From Thermoplasmatales archaeon SM1-50 (GTDB lineage: Archaea; Thermoplasmatota; E2; DHVEG-1), in assembly GCA_001595945.1 (NCBI GenBank), contig LSSI01000025.1, positions 14,550-78,549 of the forward strand: a stretch of DNA of 64,000 nt, in the 5' to 3' direction. Under the pieces are notes generated by a model that saw nothing but the letters and a program-made list of their open reading frames with translations, was not told where the DNA came from and made no database searches. Shown here piece after piece: positions 1-9,018 of the stretch. The position numbers and the translations under genes were made by a program. How positions within the stretch are numbered: the stretch's first letter is position 1; every line of letters starts with the position of its first letter.

Positions 1-405
1 CTTTATATCTGACGCGACCAAATTTAATGTTGCAGTAAGTGCGTTACTGTCTCCAGGGATAAGACGAACAAACACAACACGTAAGCGTGCCCGAGAGGTT
101 TTTTCATCATGGGTAGCTTCAGATGCGTTAACAGTAACAGTGATAGAAGTTTTCCCAAAACCTAAAATAAGTGGAACTTTAATTGCCTCAGCTTTCTCTG
201 GTCGTAGCAGAGATATTGTCCCTTCTGTTTTTTTACCAAGAAGTACCAGACCACCATCAAGGCTGATCTGCCATGTGATACCAGTCAAATTGACAGAACC
301 TTGGTTACGGATCATAGCAGTAACACCAAGGCCCCCGGTAATAACCTCCACTTCAACATTAGGTGTTTGAATAGACGTTCCTTCTTTTCCCCTCTGCATT
401 TGCAT
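1..405 (-). CDS. Hypothetical secreted protein, partial: the C-terminus runs off the window start and the start codon is ambiguous (ATG at 405 or 399, or TTG at 432-438 giving a lipobox-like LLISSVCASG)
   Basis: Manual reverse-complement translation of 1-440 gives an uninterrupted frame: ...MQMQRGKEGTSIQTPNVEVEVITGGLGVTAMIRNQGSVNLTGITWQISLDGGLVLLGKKTEGTISLLRPEKAEAIKVPLILGFGKTSITVTVNASEATHDEKTSRARLRVVFVRLIPGDSNALTATLNLVASDIK. The composition is balanced and non-repetitive. The ORF is not in the supplied track because it is open at the window edge. Confidence 0.4.
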   Translation of the reverse strand, partial: MQMQRGKEGTSIQTPNVEVEVITGGLGVTAMIRNQGSVNLTGITWQISLDGGLVLLGKKTEGTISLLRPEKAEAIKVPLILGFGKTSITVTVNASEATHDEKTSRARLRVVFVRLIPGDSNALTATLNLVASDIK

Positions 406-632
406 GCCGGACGCACATACACTTGAGATCAACAACAATAAACAGCATTGTATTATAACAAGTTTTTTTCGAATAATATAACCTCCTTCTATTGTTACTT
501 ACATAGATAAGAGTTCCATATAAAGATTGTGGTTATACAAATAAATAAAAAAATTGATATATAATATCAATAACCTCAAAATTTAAATACCAATGGACTT
601 TTGTATTAGCATAATTTTAAGGAGTTACCCTG

Positions 633-1541
633 GTGAAACTTATATATCTTTGGCAAATTGTAAAATTGGCCCGAATGCCTATTGTTCTGGCAGTGATACC
701 AATTTTCCTTATCGGTGTCCTGTTCGCACTTAGTTCTGGGACGTCCTTTTCTCTTGTCAATTTCCTCTGGGGTTTTAGCATCTTATTTATCATTGAGATA
801 GCAGCGTCATTTGCAAATGATCATTTTGATTATGAAGCAGATAAACACAACAGACAATTTGGTTTCTCTGGGGGTAGTGGAGTATTATTAGAGTATCCGG
901 AACTCCTCCCATTTGCAAAATGGGCATCAGTCACAATGTTTATTCTCTCCCTCCTCTTAACAAGCCTGTTTATCATTTTCGCATCATTGCCTATTTGGGT
1001 CATCGCATATATCGGCGTTGCCGTGTTTTTTTGCTGGTTTTATTCAGCACCACCACTTCGTCTCGTGTATCGGGGTTTTGGTGAAATCCCTCATTTACTA
1101 GCAGGAATCATGTTCCCTGGGTGGGGGTATCTTATCCTGACAGGGACTCTAACATCTGATTTGATCATTTTCGTGATTCCCTTCGGATTCCTTGGTCTGA
1201 CGGTGATACTGAATTTTGAGATACCTGATATGGAGGCAGATATCCATGGAGGAAAACGAAATCTCATCGTAATAAAAGGGCGGTATTTTTCTTTTATCAC
1301 AATTTTTTTACTTTATCTCATTACTTTTTTCTATTTTTTTATCCTAGCAGTTATTGGATGGTTTAATGATATTATCAATCTTTGGGTAATCACCATTCTT
1401 GCATTTCTCCCCTTATCTATCTCTTTTATCTCTATTATAAAAAAATCTATTCAACAAGATGTCGCAACGAAATATGCTATACGAAATGCAATATCTGGTT
1501 TTCTTTCATCGTTTCTTATTATGGTATCCCTTTTTATTTAA
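633..1541 (+). CDS. UbiA-family membrane prenyltransferase (lycopene-elongase-like or DGGGP-synthase-like)
   Basis: Multi-TM protein with the UbiA Asp-rich motif NDHFDYEADKHN (NDxxDxxxD). It sits immediately upstream of the carotenoid genes, so a role in carotenoid prenylation (bacterioruberin-type) is possible but unproven. Confidence 0.7.
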   Translation: MKLIYLWQIVKLARMPIVLAVIPIFLIGVLFALSSGTSFSLVNFLWGFSILFIIEIAASFANDHFDYEADKHNRQFGFSGGSGVLLEYPELLPFAKWASVTMFILSLLLTSLFIIFASLPIWVIAYIGVAVFFCWFYSAPPLRLVYRGFGEIPHLLAGIMFPGWGYLILTGTLTSDLIIFVIPFGFLGLTVILNFEIPDMEADIHGGKRNLIVIKGRYFSFITIFLLYLITFFYFFILAVIGWFNDIINLWVITILAFLPLSISFISIIKKSIQQDVATKYAIRNAISGFLSSFLIMVSLFI

Positions 1542-1656
1542 CTGAAAAATTTGAATTATTGATTGTGTAACATATTCGTAGGGAAGATATATAAATACTT
1601 TTTGTATAATATATTTAAACCACCTCTTATTTTTTAAATGAAAGGGGAGAAAAATC

Positions 1657-2475
1657 ATGAAAAAAAGATATACAATATTCTTTGCAATAATGCTGGTGTT
1701 ATCAAGCTACGTCATTGTGGGGGCTACGATCTCATACCAATTAAATGATACTACTATTGTAATAAAAAATGATAATCAACCATGGTCTACACTCCAATCA
1801 GAAGATGACATTACCATTTCCTTTTCAAAAGCACCACTGTTCTTGGGAGTGAATATTGAAATACAAAACAGCGGAAATGAGACATATCAAGACGTGAAAT
1901 GGAGTTTTCGGGCTAAACCACAGATTTCCGGAACTGGACTTATTTACAAAAACCAAATACGATCTGGAGTGATTGATCAACTCGGTTCAAATGAACGAGT
2001 GTCGATTCCATTACGACCTTTGAACAAACAAACTCCAAGCCCGTTTGGACTTGGTATGTTTTATATGAATGCATCCATCACCACGTCAGATGCCTTCTAT
2101 CGTTCTTCACAGATCTGTTGGCTGGTGTTCCTTTTTATAATTAATCTGAAACCAACCTATATGGATATACCACCTGCTGAGGCCTACAGCTTGTATGAAA
2201 ATGGAACATTTGATCTCATCATCGATGTGGTTGGCCTTAATATCTACAACCTAGGGCATCTTCCTGGTGCGGTGAATTATATCTGGGCAGATGGAACCTT
2301 GAATAAGACGATTCCCACTCTAGATAAAAACCTGACCTATCTTGTCTACTGTCACACTGATCCGCCCTCCACTGCAAGTGCTCAGGCGTTGGTGAATGCT
2401 GGTTTCCCCTATGTCTATCGATTAGAAGGGAACTATCGAGCATGGGCAGACGCGGGGTATCCTGTAGAAACCTAA
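1657..2475 (+). CDS. Secreted or membrane-anchored protein with a C-terminal rhodanese-like domain
   Basis: N-terminal signal peptide or TM segment (MKKRYTIFFAIMLVLSSYVIVGA). The C-terminal ~100 aa resemble a single-domain rhodanese: LGHLPGAVNYIW ... LVYCHTDPPSTASAQALVNAGFPYVYRLEGNYRAWADAGYPV, with a Cys in the CX5(S/T) position. Confidence 0.55.
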   Translation: MKKRYTIFFAIMLVLSSYVIVGATISYQLNDTTIVIKNDNQPWSTLQSEDDITISFSKAPLFLGVNIEIQNSGNETYQDVKWSFRAKPQISGTGLIYKNQIRSGVIDQLGSNERVSIPLRPLNKQTPSPFGLGMFYMNASITTSDAFYRSSQICWLVFLFIINLKPTYMDIPPAEAYSLYENGTFDLIIDVVGLNIYNLGHLPGAVNYIWADGTLNKTIPTLDKNLTYLVYCHTDPPSTASAQALVNAGFPYVYRLEGNYRAWADAGYPVET

Positions 2476-2568
2476 ACGTGTTTTTCCAATTCCTTTCTCT
2501 TTTTTTACAATGAAACAAATAAAATCACAGAATCTTCTTAAATCACCGTCATATACAAGTAGTAAGGT

Positions 2569-3306
2569 TTGAAAAGCGGGAGATTCATGATTATAAATTA
2601 TCTTATCTTAGATATCCTCATCATTCTGTTTCCATTCTTACTTTCATTTAAGTGGAAGTTCGCCTATTATCGGTATTACAAGGCATTGTTCCCTGCGATC
2701 GCCATTGTCGGCTCAGGCTATATCATCTGGGATGCGATTGTCACAGCACGAGGAGACTGGTGGTTCAATTATGAGTATCTCTCTAGAATCACCATCATCG
2801 GATTACCCCTCGAGGAGATATTGTTCTTCATCGTTGTCCCCTATTCCTGTATATTCATCTACGAGAACCTTGACTATTTCTTTCCTGATAAAAAAATCAA
2901 GTTAAACAAGCTCTTCTATATTAGTTTGATTGTGCTGTTCATTCTGGGGAGTATAGCATTCTATCACCAAGACTATACGATTCTTGCTCTGATGTCGTGT
3001 GCATTTTTTTTAATAATCGCACTTTGGCGTTTCCCAGGCATCCTGCAATCACAAAACTACTGGCTTTACATAGGCATCTCGATGATACCTTTCATTATTT
3101 TCAACTATCTACTGACTTCAATTCCTATTGTGCTGTATAATCCAGCAGCCATTTGGGGTGGGGACGAGCTCTGGAACGGGCGTTTCTTCACCATACCTCT
3201 AGAGGATTTCTTTTACAATTACTCGATGCTATCCTTTTATCTCATGTTGTATTTATTTTTTAAAAAACGATGGATATCCAAGAAAAAAGATAGTTCTCGT
3301 AGATGA
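2569..3306 (+). CDS. crtYcd: Lycopene cyclase domain protein (fused heterodimeric-type CrtYc-CrtYd)
   Basis: Small polytopic membrane protein with two internal repeats, each carrying the lycopene-cyclase-domain PLEE/PLED motif (GLPLEEILFFIVVP and FTIPLEDFFYNYS). It is directly upstream of crtI and crtB. Confidence 0.7.
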   Translation: MKSGRFMIINYLILDILIILFPFLLSFKWKFAYYRYYKALFPAIAIVGSGYIIWDAIVTARGDWWFNYEYLSRITIIGLPLEEILFFIVVPYSCIFIYENLDYFFPDKKIKLNKLFYISLIVLFILGSIAFYHQDYTILALMSCAFFLIIALWRFPGILQSQNYWLYIGISMIPFIIFNYLLTSIPIVLYNPAAIWGGDELWNGRFFTIPLEDFFYNYSMLSFYLMLYLFFKKRWISKKKDSSRR

Positions 3307-3388
3307 TACCACCTATTTATGATACGAACTGATTTAATCATAAAATATTTATTCCAATAGATATTTATTAATTGAAAAAGGGATAAAC

Positions 3389-4870
3389 ATGACGGAAAAA
3401 AAAATCATAATCATCGGTGCTGGATTTGGTGGTATGTCTCTTGCAGCACTCCTTGCCAGCAACGGATATCATGTAACTATCCTTGAAAAAAACGACCAAC
3501 CAGGCGGACGAGCAATTGTATGGAAAGAAAAAGGGTTCGTCTTCGACATGGGACCATCCTGGTACCTCATGCCTGATGTGTTCGAAAAGTTCTTTGCGGA
3601 ATTCGGCAAAAAACCAGATGATTATTACAAGCTTGTCCGACTCAATCCCGCATACAGAGTGTTTTTTAACAAGGAAGAAATCGTTGAAGTGTCGCCCGAT
3701 CTTGAACAGAACTTGCAGCTCTTCGAACGCTACCAAAAGGGAGGACGTGAACAATTAAAAAAATATCTTGCTGCAGCTGAATATCAATATCAAATTGCGA
3801 TGAATGAGTTCATCTATAAGGAATACCACCATCTCTGGGATTTCTTTAGTCTCCGGCTCCTTCTCAAAGGAAGCAAACTGCATATCTTCACTAGCCTGGA
3901 TGAATATGCAAAACGGTTTATCACTGATTCCAAGATGCGAAAAATATTGGAATATACGATGGTATTTCTAGGTGGAACACCCTTTGATACCCCTGCTTTG
4001 TATTCCTTGATGTCCCATGTGGATTTCAACCTTGGTGTATGGTACCCCGATGGCGGATTTGGAGCACTTGCAAAGGGATTCGAACGACTCGCTAGCGAAC
4101 AAGGGGTGACCTTCGAGTATAATTCAGAAGTGGAAAAGATAAATGTCAAAAACAAACAGGTTACCGGGGTGAAAACCTCGAAAGGTAACATGGCTGCTGA
4201 TGTTGTGATCGCCAATGCCGATTACCCTTATGTAGAAACCCATCTGTTGGACAAACAATATCAAACTTATCCTGAGGAGTACTGGAACAAAAAGGCTATT
4301 GCTCCCTCAGCTCTCCTGATGTATCTTGGGGTGAAAGGAAAAATCAAAGCCTTTGCTCATCATAACCTGTATTTTTCCCCTCAATGGGAAGACCATTTCA
4401 ACACCATCTTCCATAACCCCCGATGGCCTGAAGACCCCTCCTACTACGTCAGCTGCCCATCGAAAACCGACCCAACCGTGGCACCCACTGAAGACGAAAA
4501 TCTTTTCATCCTCATCCCAGTCGCAGCAGGGCTACGAGACACGCAAGAAACCCGAGAGAAGTATTTCACGAAGGTCATGGATCATCTCGAAACACTCACC
4601 GGGGAGAACATTAAGGACAGACTAGTAGTGAAACGACTGTTTGCCCATCAGGATTTTGCACAACAGTATCATGCCTATAAAGGAACTGCTCTTGGGCTGG
4701 CACATACCTTGGGGCAGACCGCGGTCTTCCGCTCCACCCATAAAAGTAAAAAAGTAAAAGGGCTGTATTACACCGGGCACTATACACACCCAGGTATTGG
4801 TGTGCCTATGGTTATCATCTCCTCTCAAATCGTAGCTTCAGAGATAAGGAACGCATATGATCATCGATAA
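3389..4870 (+). CDS. crtI: Phytoene desaturase family FAD oxidoreductase
   Basis: N-terminal Rossmann FAD motif IIIIGAGFGGMSLAALLASNGYHVTILEKNDQPGGRA. It is 493 aa, typical of the CrtI/CrtD family, and overlaps crtB by 14 nt, consistent with an operon. Confidence 0.85.
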   Translation: MTEKKIIIIGAGFGGMSLAALLASNGYHVTILEKNDQPGGRAIVWKEKGFVFDMGPSWYLMPDVFEKFFAEFGKKPDDYYKLVRLNPAYRVFFNKEEIVEVSPDLEQNLQLFERYQKGGREQLKKYLAAAEYQYQIAMNEFIYKEYHHLWDFFSLRLLLKGSKLHIFTSLDEYAKRFITDSKMRKILEYTMVFLGGTPFDTPALYSLMSHVDFNLGVWYPDGGFGALAKGFERLASEQGVTFEYNSEVEKINVKNKQVTGVKTSKGNMAADVVIANADYPYVETHLLDKQYQTYPEEYWNKKAIAPSALLMYLGVKGKIKAFAHHNLYFSPQWEDHFNTIFHNPRWPEDPSYYVSCPSKTDPTVAPTEDENLFILIPVAAGLRDTQETREKYFTKVMDHLETLTGENIKDRLVVKRLFAHQDFAQQYHAYKGTALGLAHTLGQTAVFRSTHKSKKVKGLYYTGHYTHPGIGVPMVIISSQIVASEIRNAYDHR

Positions 4871-5750
4871 AACCTTTTTCTCTATCTTTCGTAAAGGAAG
4901 TCGTACTTACTTCTACAGTAGTTTGTTTTTCCCAACGCATATACGACGAGAAGTATTCATCCTGTATGGTTTTGTCCGTAAAACCGACAATTACGTTGAT
5001 ATCAAGCCACAAAACCGTGAAGGATTCTATGAGTTAAAAGAGAAATATTATCAAGCCAAAGAGGGAAAGGAAACCGGGGATATCATCATTGATTCATTTG
5101 TCCGATTAGCGGAACGTAAAGGCTTTCAGTATGAATGGATTGAAGCATTCCTCCATTCCATGGAGCTTGATTTGACCAAGAAACACTACAACACTCTTGA
5201 TGACGTCCTGGAGTATATCTACGGTTCCGCAGAAGTCATTGGGCTTATGATGGCAAAGATCATCGGGCTACCTAAGGAGTCTTTTACACATGCAAAATAT
5301 CTCGGGCGAGCGATGCAGTATATCAATTTCATCCGGGACATTGATGAAGATTTAGACCTCGGGCGCGTCTATTTTCCACAAACAGAGATACAACAACATG
5401 GGCTTGAGAATCTGACCTATGAGCATGTGAAACAACGCCCTGACCAATTCTCACGATTCATTAAAACACAGCTTGAACGGTACTGTGACTGGCAGAAGGA
5501 GGCAGAGGAAGGATACGTTTTTATCCCAAAACGATACCTAATATCGATAAAAACAGCATCTGAGATGTATCATTGGACTGCAGAACAAATCATGCGTCAT
5601 CCCTTCATTTTGTATGACATGAAAGTAAAACCGATGATTTCGAAAATCTTACTTACCGTATTTTCTAATCTCATTGACACGATAGGAACTAAATTTAGTA
5701 CATCATTCTGCAATCGTACCGCCCATACACATGAAAATTCTTCAGAGTAA
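4857..5750 (+). CDS. crtB: Phytoene synthase (squalene/phytoene synthase family)
   Basis: Carries both Asp-rich substrate-Mg motifs of trans-isoprenyl diphosphate synthases head-to-head: YGFVRKTDNYVD and YINFIRDIDEDLDLGRVYFP. It is 297 aa. Confidence 0.85.
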   Translation: MIIDKTFFSIFRKGSRTYFYSSLFFPTHIRREVFILYGFVRKTDNYVDIKPQNREGFYELKEKYYQAKEGKETGDIIIDSFVRLAERKGFQYEWIEAFLHSMELDLTKKHYNTLDDVLEYIYGSAEVIGLMMAKIIGLPKESFTHAKYLGRAMQYINFIRDIDEDLDLGRVYFPQTEIQQHGLENLTYEHVKQRPDQFSRFIKTQLERYCDWQKEAEEGYVFIPKRYLISIKTASEMYHWTAEQIMRHPFILYDMKVKPMISKILLTVFSNLIDTIGTKFSTSFCNRTAHTHENSSE

Positions 5751-5755
5751 TACCT

Positions 5756-6736
5756 ATGAAACCATTTGTAAAACCGCGGATTGTGATAAGCAGATGTATT
5801 GAATTTGACTTCTGCCGATATAACGCGCAAATCATCCGCAGTGAAATCATAAGTAGGATGAAACCACATGTTGAGTTTCTGCCGATATGCCCGGAGGTAG
5901 AGATTGGGTTAGGCGTCCCTCGGAACCCTATTCGCATCATTGAAAAACAAACAAAGAAATATCTGCTCCAGCCAAATACAAACCGTGATATTACCGAAGA
6001 GATGAGTTCATTTTCACAACGGTTTCTTACAAATCAACGAAACATTGAAGGCTTTTTGTTAAAATCCCAATCGCCGTCCTGTGGGACGCGCGATGTAAAA
6101 ATCTATCCTGCGGTAACACACTCTGCAGCAACACGACGGGAGGCAGGTTTTTTTGGCGAACAAATACTGCACCATTTTCCTTTTTTAGCAATAGAGGATG
6201 AAATGCGTTTACAAAACCCAATCATTCAAGAACATTATTTCACCAAAATTTTTACCTTTGCCGCCTTCCGCAGAATCAAACAAGCTGCCTCACTGCAGAA
6301 ACTCCTTATGTTTCACACTGAAAATAAGTTCTTGCTCATGGGATACAGCCAAAAAGAATTACGAATTCTTGGCAACATTCTAGCAAACCAGGACAAACAA
6401 CCCCTTCATACTATGTTTTCAGAGTATGAACATCATCTTCATAATGCATTTTCCAAAGCTCCGCGATATACCACTCAAATCAATGTTCTGAATCATGCGT
6501 TTGGATATGTATCACAAGACCTAAAGGACAATGAAAAAAAGTTTTATGCAAGTCTTATTCAGAAATTCCGCAACGGACTGATATCGTTAAGTGTTCCTAT
6601 AAACCTCGTTCGATCCTGGGTGATCCGATTTGAACAACCATATCTTCTTCCACAAACCTTTTTTCAACCATATCCTGATGAACTATTAGACGTTGAAGCA
6701 ATAAAAGCAAGTAACGTGAGAGATTTCTGGAAATGA
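5756..6736 (+). CDS. DUF523 (TudS-like 2-thiouracil desulfidase fold) fused to DUF1722 (YbgA-like)
   Basis: The N-terminal half has the Cys pattern of DUF523 (ISRCIEFDFCRYN...CPEVEIGLGVPR). The C-terminal half has the conserved helices of DUF1722, the family of E. coli YbgA encoded next to photolyase. It is translationally coupled to the downstream uvdE (ATGA overlap). Confidence 0.55.
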   Translation: MKPFVKPRIVISRCIEFDFCRYNAQIIRSEIISRMKPHVEFLPICPEVEIGLGVPRNPIRIIEKQTKKYLLQPNTNRDITEEMSSFSQRFLTNQRNIEGFLLKSQSPSCGTRDVKIYPAVTHSAATRREAGFFGEQILHHFPFLAIEDEMRLQNPIIQEHYFTKIFTFAAFRRIKQAASLQKLLMFHTENKFLLMGYSQKELRILGNILANQDKQPLHTMFSEYEHHLHNAFSKAPRYTTQINVLNHAFGYVSQDLKDNEKKFYASLIQKFRNGLISLSVPINLVRSWVIRFEQPYLLPQTFFQPYPDELLDVEAIKASNVRDFWK

Positions 6737-7626
6737 AGATAGGATATCCCTGTATCAACCGCTCCCTTTCCTGCAAGGGTAACCGTACTTTTCGTTTACG
6801 GTCATATTCAGATGAACGATTACAGCAGACAATACAAAACAACCTTAATTGCCTATTACACATATTACGATTTAATCTTAAATATGGAATGCTTTTTTTT
6901 AGAATCTCCTCTGATATCATCCCATTTGCCTCTCATCCTGTATGCACATTCCCCTGGCAAAAACATTTTCGACACCAATTCAAAAAAATAGGTCAGTTTA
7001 TCATGAAAAATGATATGCGCATCTCCATGCATCCTGATCAGTTCATCGTAATAAATACACCTCGCGAGGAGGTGTTCCAGCGAAGTGTTGCAGAAATTGC
7101 ATACCATGCTGAGGTTCTTGATCTAATGGGGCTTGATACAACGGCGAAAATACAGCTTCATGTCGGCGGCGTCTATACCGATAAATCAAAAAGTATCGTA
7201 CGATTTATTGATCGTTATCGATCATTAGATGCTTCACTTAAGCGCCGACTTGTTATTGAAAACGATGAAAAAAGCTACGATATCCAGGATTGTTTGTTGA
7301 TTCATAAAAAAATTAAAATACCTGTTTTATTTGATTATTTCCATCATACGCTACTTAACAACCACGAATCATTCTGTGACGTGTTAGAATCCTGTAAAAA
7401 AACCTGGGCGGAAAAAGACGGAATTCCAATGGTTGATTACAGTTCACAGAAACCTCATACGACAACAGGAGCACATGCAGAGCATCTTGACAAATCTGAT
7501 TTCAAAGTTTTTCTGCGTAATTCAAGACCATATGATTTTGATCTTATGCTAGAGATAAAGGATAAAGAACGAAGTGTGATAAAGGCACTTACGATATTGA
7601 AATCTGATCCTCGTTTAATCTCTTGA
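6733..7626 (+). CDS. uvdE: UV DNA damage endonuclease UvdE/UvsE
   Basis: Block-by-block match to B. subtilis UvsE and S. pombe UVDE motifs as recalled: FFRISSDIIPFASHP, MHPDQFIVINTP, HVGGVY, VIENDEKSYD, FDYFHH, FDLMLEIKDKE. Confidence 0.85.
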   Translation: MKIGYPCINRSLSCKGNRTFRLRSYSDERLQQTIQNNLNCLLHILRFNLKYGMLFFRISSDIIPFASHPVCTFPWQKHFRHQFKKIGQFIMKNDMRISMHPDQFIVINTPREEVFQRSVAEIAYHAEVLDLMGLDTTAKIQLHVGGVYTDKSKSIVRFIDRYRSLDASLKRRLVIENDEKSYDIQDCLLIHKKIKIPVLFDYFHHTLLNNHESFCDVLESCKKTWAEKDGIPMVDYSSQKPHTTTGAHAEHLDKSDFKVFLRNSRPYDFDLMLEIKDKERSVIKALTILKSDPRLIS

Positions 7627-8099
7627 AAACCAGCAAGTTGGCCAATATGAATGAAAAAGAGTTAAGACGTCAGATTCAGCAGTTATGTAAGCATCAACGA
7701 TTTGCGGTTATCGCAACACACAATGATAAACAGTCATATGCACATCTTGTCGCATTTACATCTACCTCTGATTTGCGGGTTCTCTTGTTTGCAACCAAAC
7801 GAGACACGCAAAAATACTATAATATCAAAAAAAACGTTCGTATCGCAGTTTTAATTGATAATCGTGAAAACTCTCCGTTTGATTTCTCCGATGCAATTAC
7901 TGTCACTGCGCTAGGAAATGCAAAAGAAGCCAAAAACTCGTACGAAGAATATCGAAAATTATTATTAGAGAAACATCCTGATCTATCGATGTTTCTTGCT
8001 GATCCTCTTTGTACTCTTATAGAAGTTCATGTGAAGGCTTATCAGGTTGTTCAGAAATTTGAACAGGTACAAATACTCAAAATAGCAGATGAAGTCTAG
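7623..8099 (+). CDS. Pyridoxamine-5'-phosphate-oxidase-like (split-barrel) FMN- or deazaflavin-binding protein
   Basis: 158 aa. The N-terminal pattern RFAVIATHNDKQSYAHLVAFTS...LLFATKRDTQKYYNIKKNVRIAVLID is typical of the PNPOx-like split-barrel superfamily. Its start overlaps the uvdE stop. Confidence 0.45.
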   Translation: MKTSKLANMNEKELRRQIQQLCKHQRFAVIATHNDKQSYAHLVAFTSTSDLRVLLFATKRDTQKYYNIKKNVRIAVLIDNRENSPFDFSDAITVTALGNAKEAKNSYEEYRKLLLEKHPDLSMFLADPLCTLIEVHVKAYQVVQKFEQVQILKIADEV

Positions 8100-8247
8100 T
8101 AATGTATTCACATTGAATCTAGGGGTTAAATTCAAACAAGATACGTTCTAAAACCTATGTCATGTATGGATACAAACTTCAAAATACATTCTTGATGTTT
8201 TCTTATTCAAATGTTAAAAATTTTTTTTCACATACACTGAAAGAGAT

Positions 8248-8907
8248 TTAGGGGAGATGCAGTTCGAGATCACGACGAATAAGAGGGGTATTAAAAAGTG
8301 CTCGGAAGATATCTAATAGGGGGAATTGTTCCTTATATCCTAACACTGCAACATAGTCCCCTCCTTTTTGATATGGATCCCAGTAATATACATAATACGT
8401 TCCCCACATGTATAATGTTTCATCGAACCGAGGTCCCTGGTAGTATGATTTTCCACCAAAGGGCTCATAGAACTCCTCTCGGGGGGTGCCAGGCGAGACA
8501 TCCTGTTTTACTATCACGCCATATCCTGGTGGTAGATCAAAAGGCAATGTCTGATTAGGCGGAGGAAGCCCCGGACCAACGAGAGCGAACCATGGGGTAA
8601 AATTCGCATAGAAACCATTACAGACAGGTACAATCACCTCAAGAAAAATCCGTAGCGGCTGGTCTTTTATCGTAAAACTATACACATCAATGTCGGTCGA
8701 CGAATTAACCCAATCTGTTTCCAACCAGGAATAGACTGCTATTGATTGCGTGATGGATTTTCGTACCGTGAACGGTTGCTGCACAGAGAAATCGCGACGC
8801 TCTAAATAGGGCACATGAGCAAGGACGCTTGGGAAAAGAAATAAGCAGGTACATATAAGAGCTACAAACAACTCAATACTTCTTCTCATAAGTTTATCTA
8901 ACTTCAT
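8248..8907 (-). CDS. Hypothetical secreted protein
   Basis: N-terminal signal peptide (MRRSIELFVALICTCLFLFPSVLAHV) followed by a Tyr/Trp/Pro-rich domain. No family recognised. Confidence 0.45.
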   Translation of the reverse strand: MKLDKLMRRSIELFVALICTCLFLFPSVLAHVPYLERRDFSVQQPFTVRKSITQSIAVYSWLETDWVNSSTDIDVYSFTIKDQPLRIFLEVIVPVCNGFYANFTPWFALVGPGLPPPNQTLPFDLPPGYGVIVKQDVSPGTPREEFYEPFGGKSYYQGPRFDETLYMWGTYYVYYWDPYQKGGDYVAVLGYKEQFPLLDIFRALFNTPLIRRDLELHLP

Positions 8908-9018
8908 AATCCTATATAAATATTATTTGTTACACATTTTTTGGTAACAACACGGAAACGAAAAACAAATATAGTCAACATTATTTCTTTGTTTTAAGTT
9001 CTTAGAGGAAATTAAAAG

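Noticed and set aside
140-370. Track ORF of 76 aa on the plus strand
   Set aside because: It lies antisense and fully inside a longer, compositionally protein-like minus-strand frame (1-405) that runs off the window edge. It has a Pro/Ser/Arg-rich composition typical of antisense artefacts.
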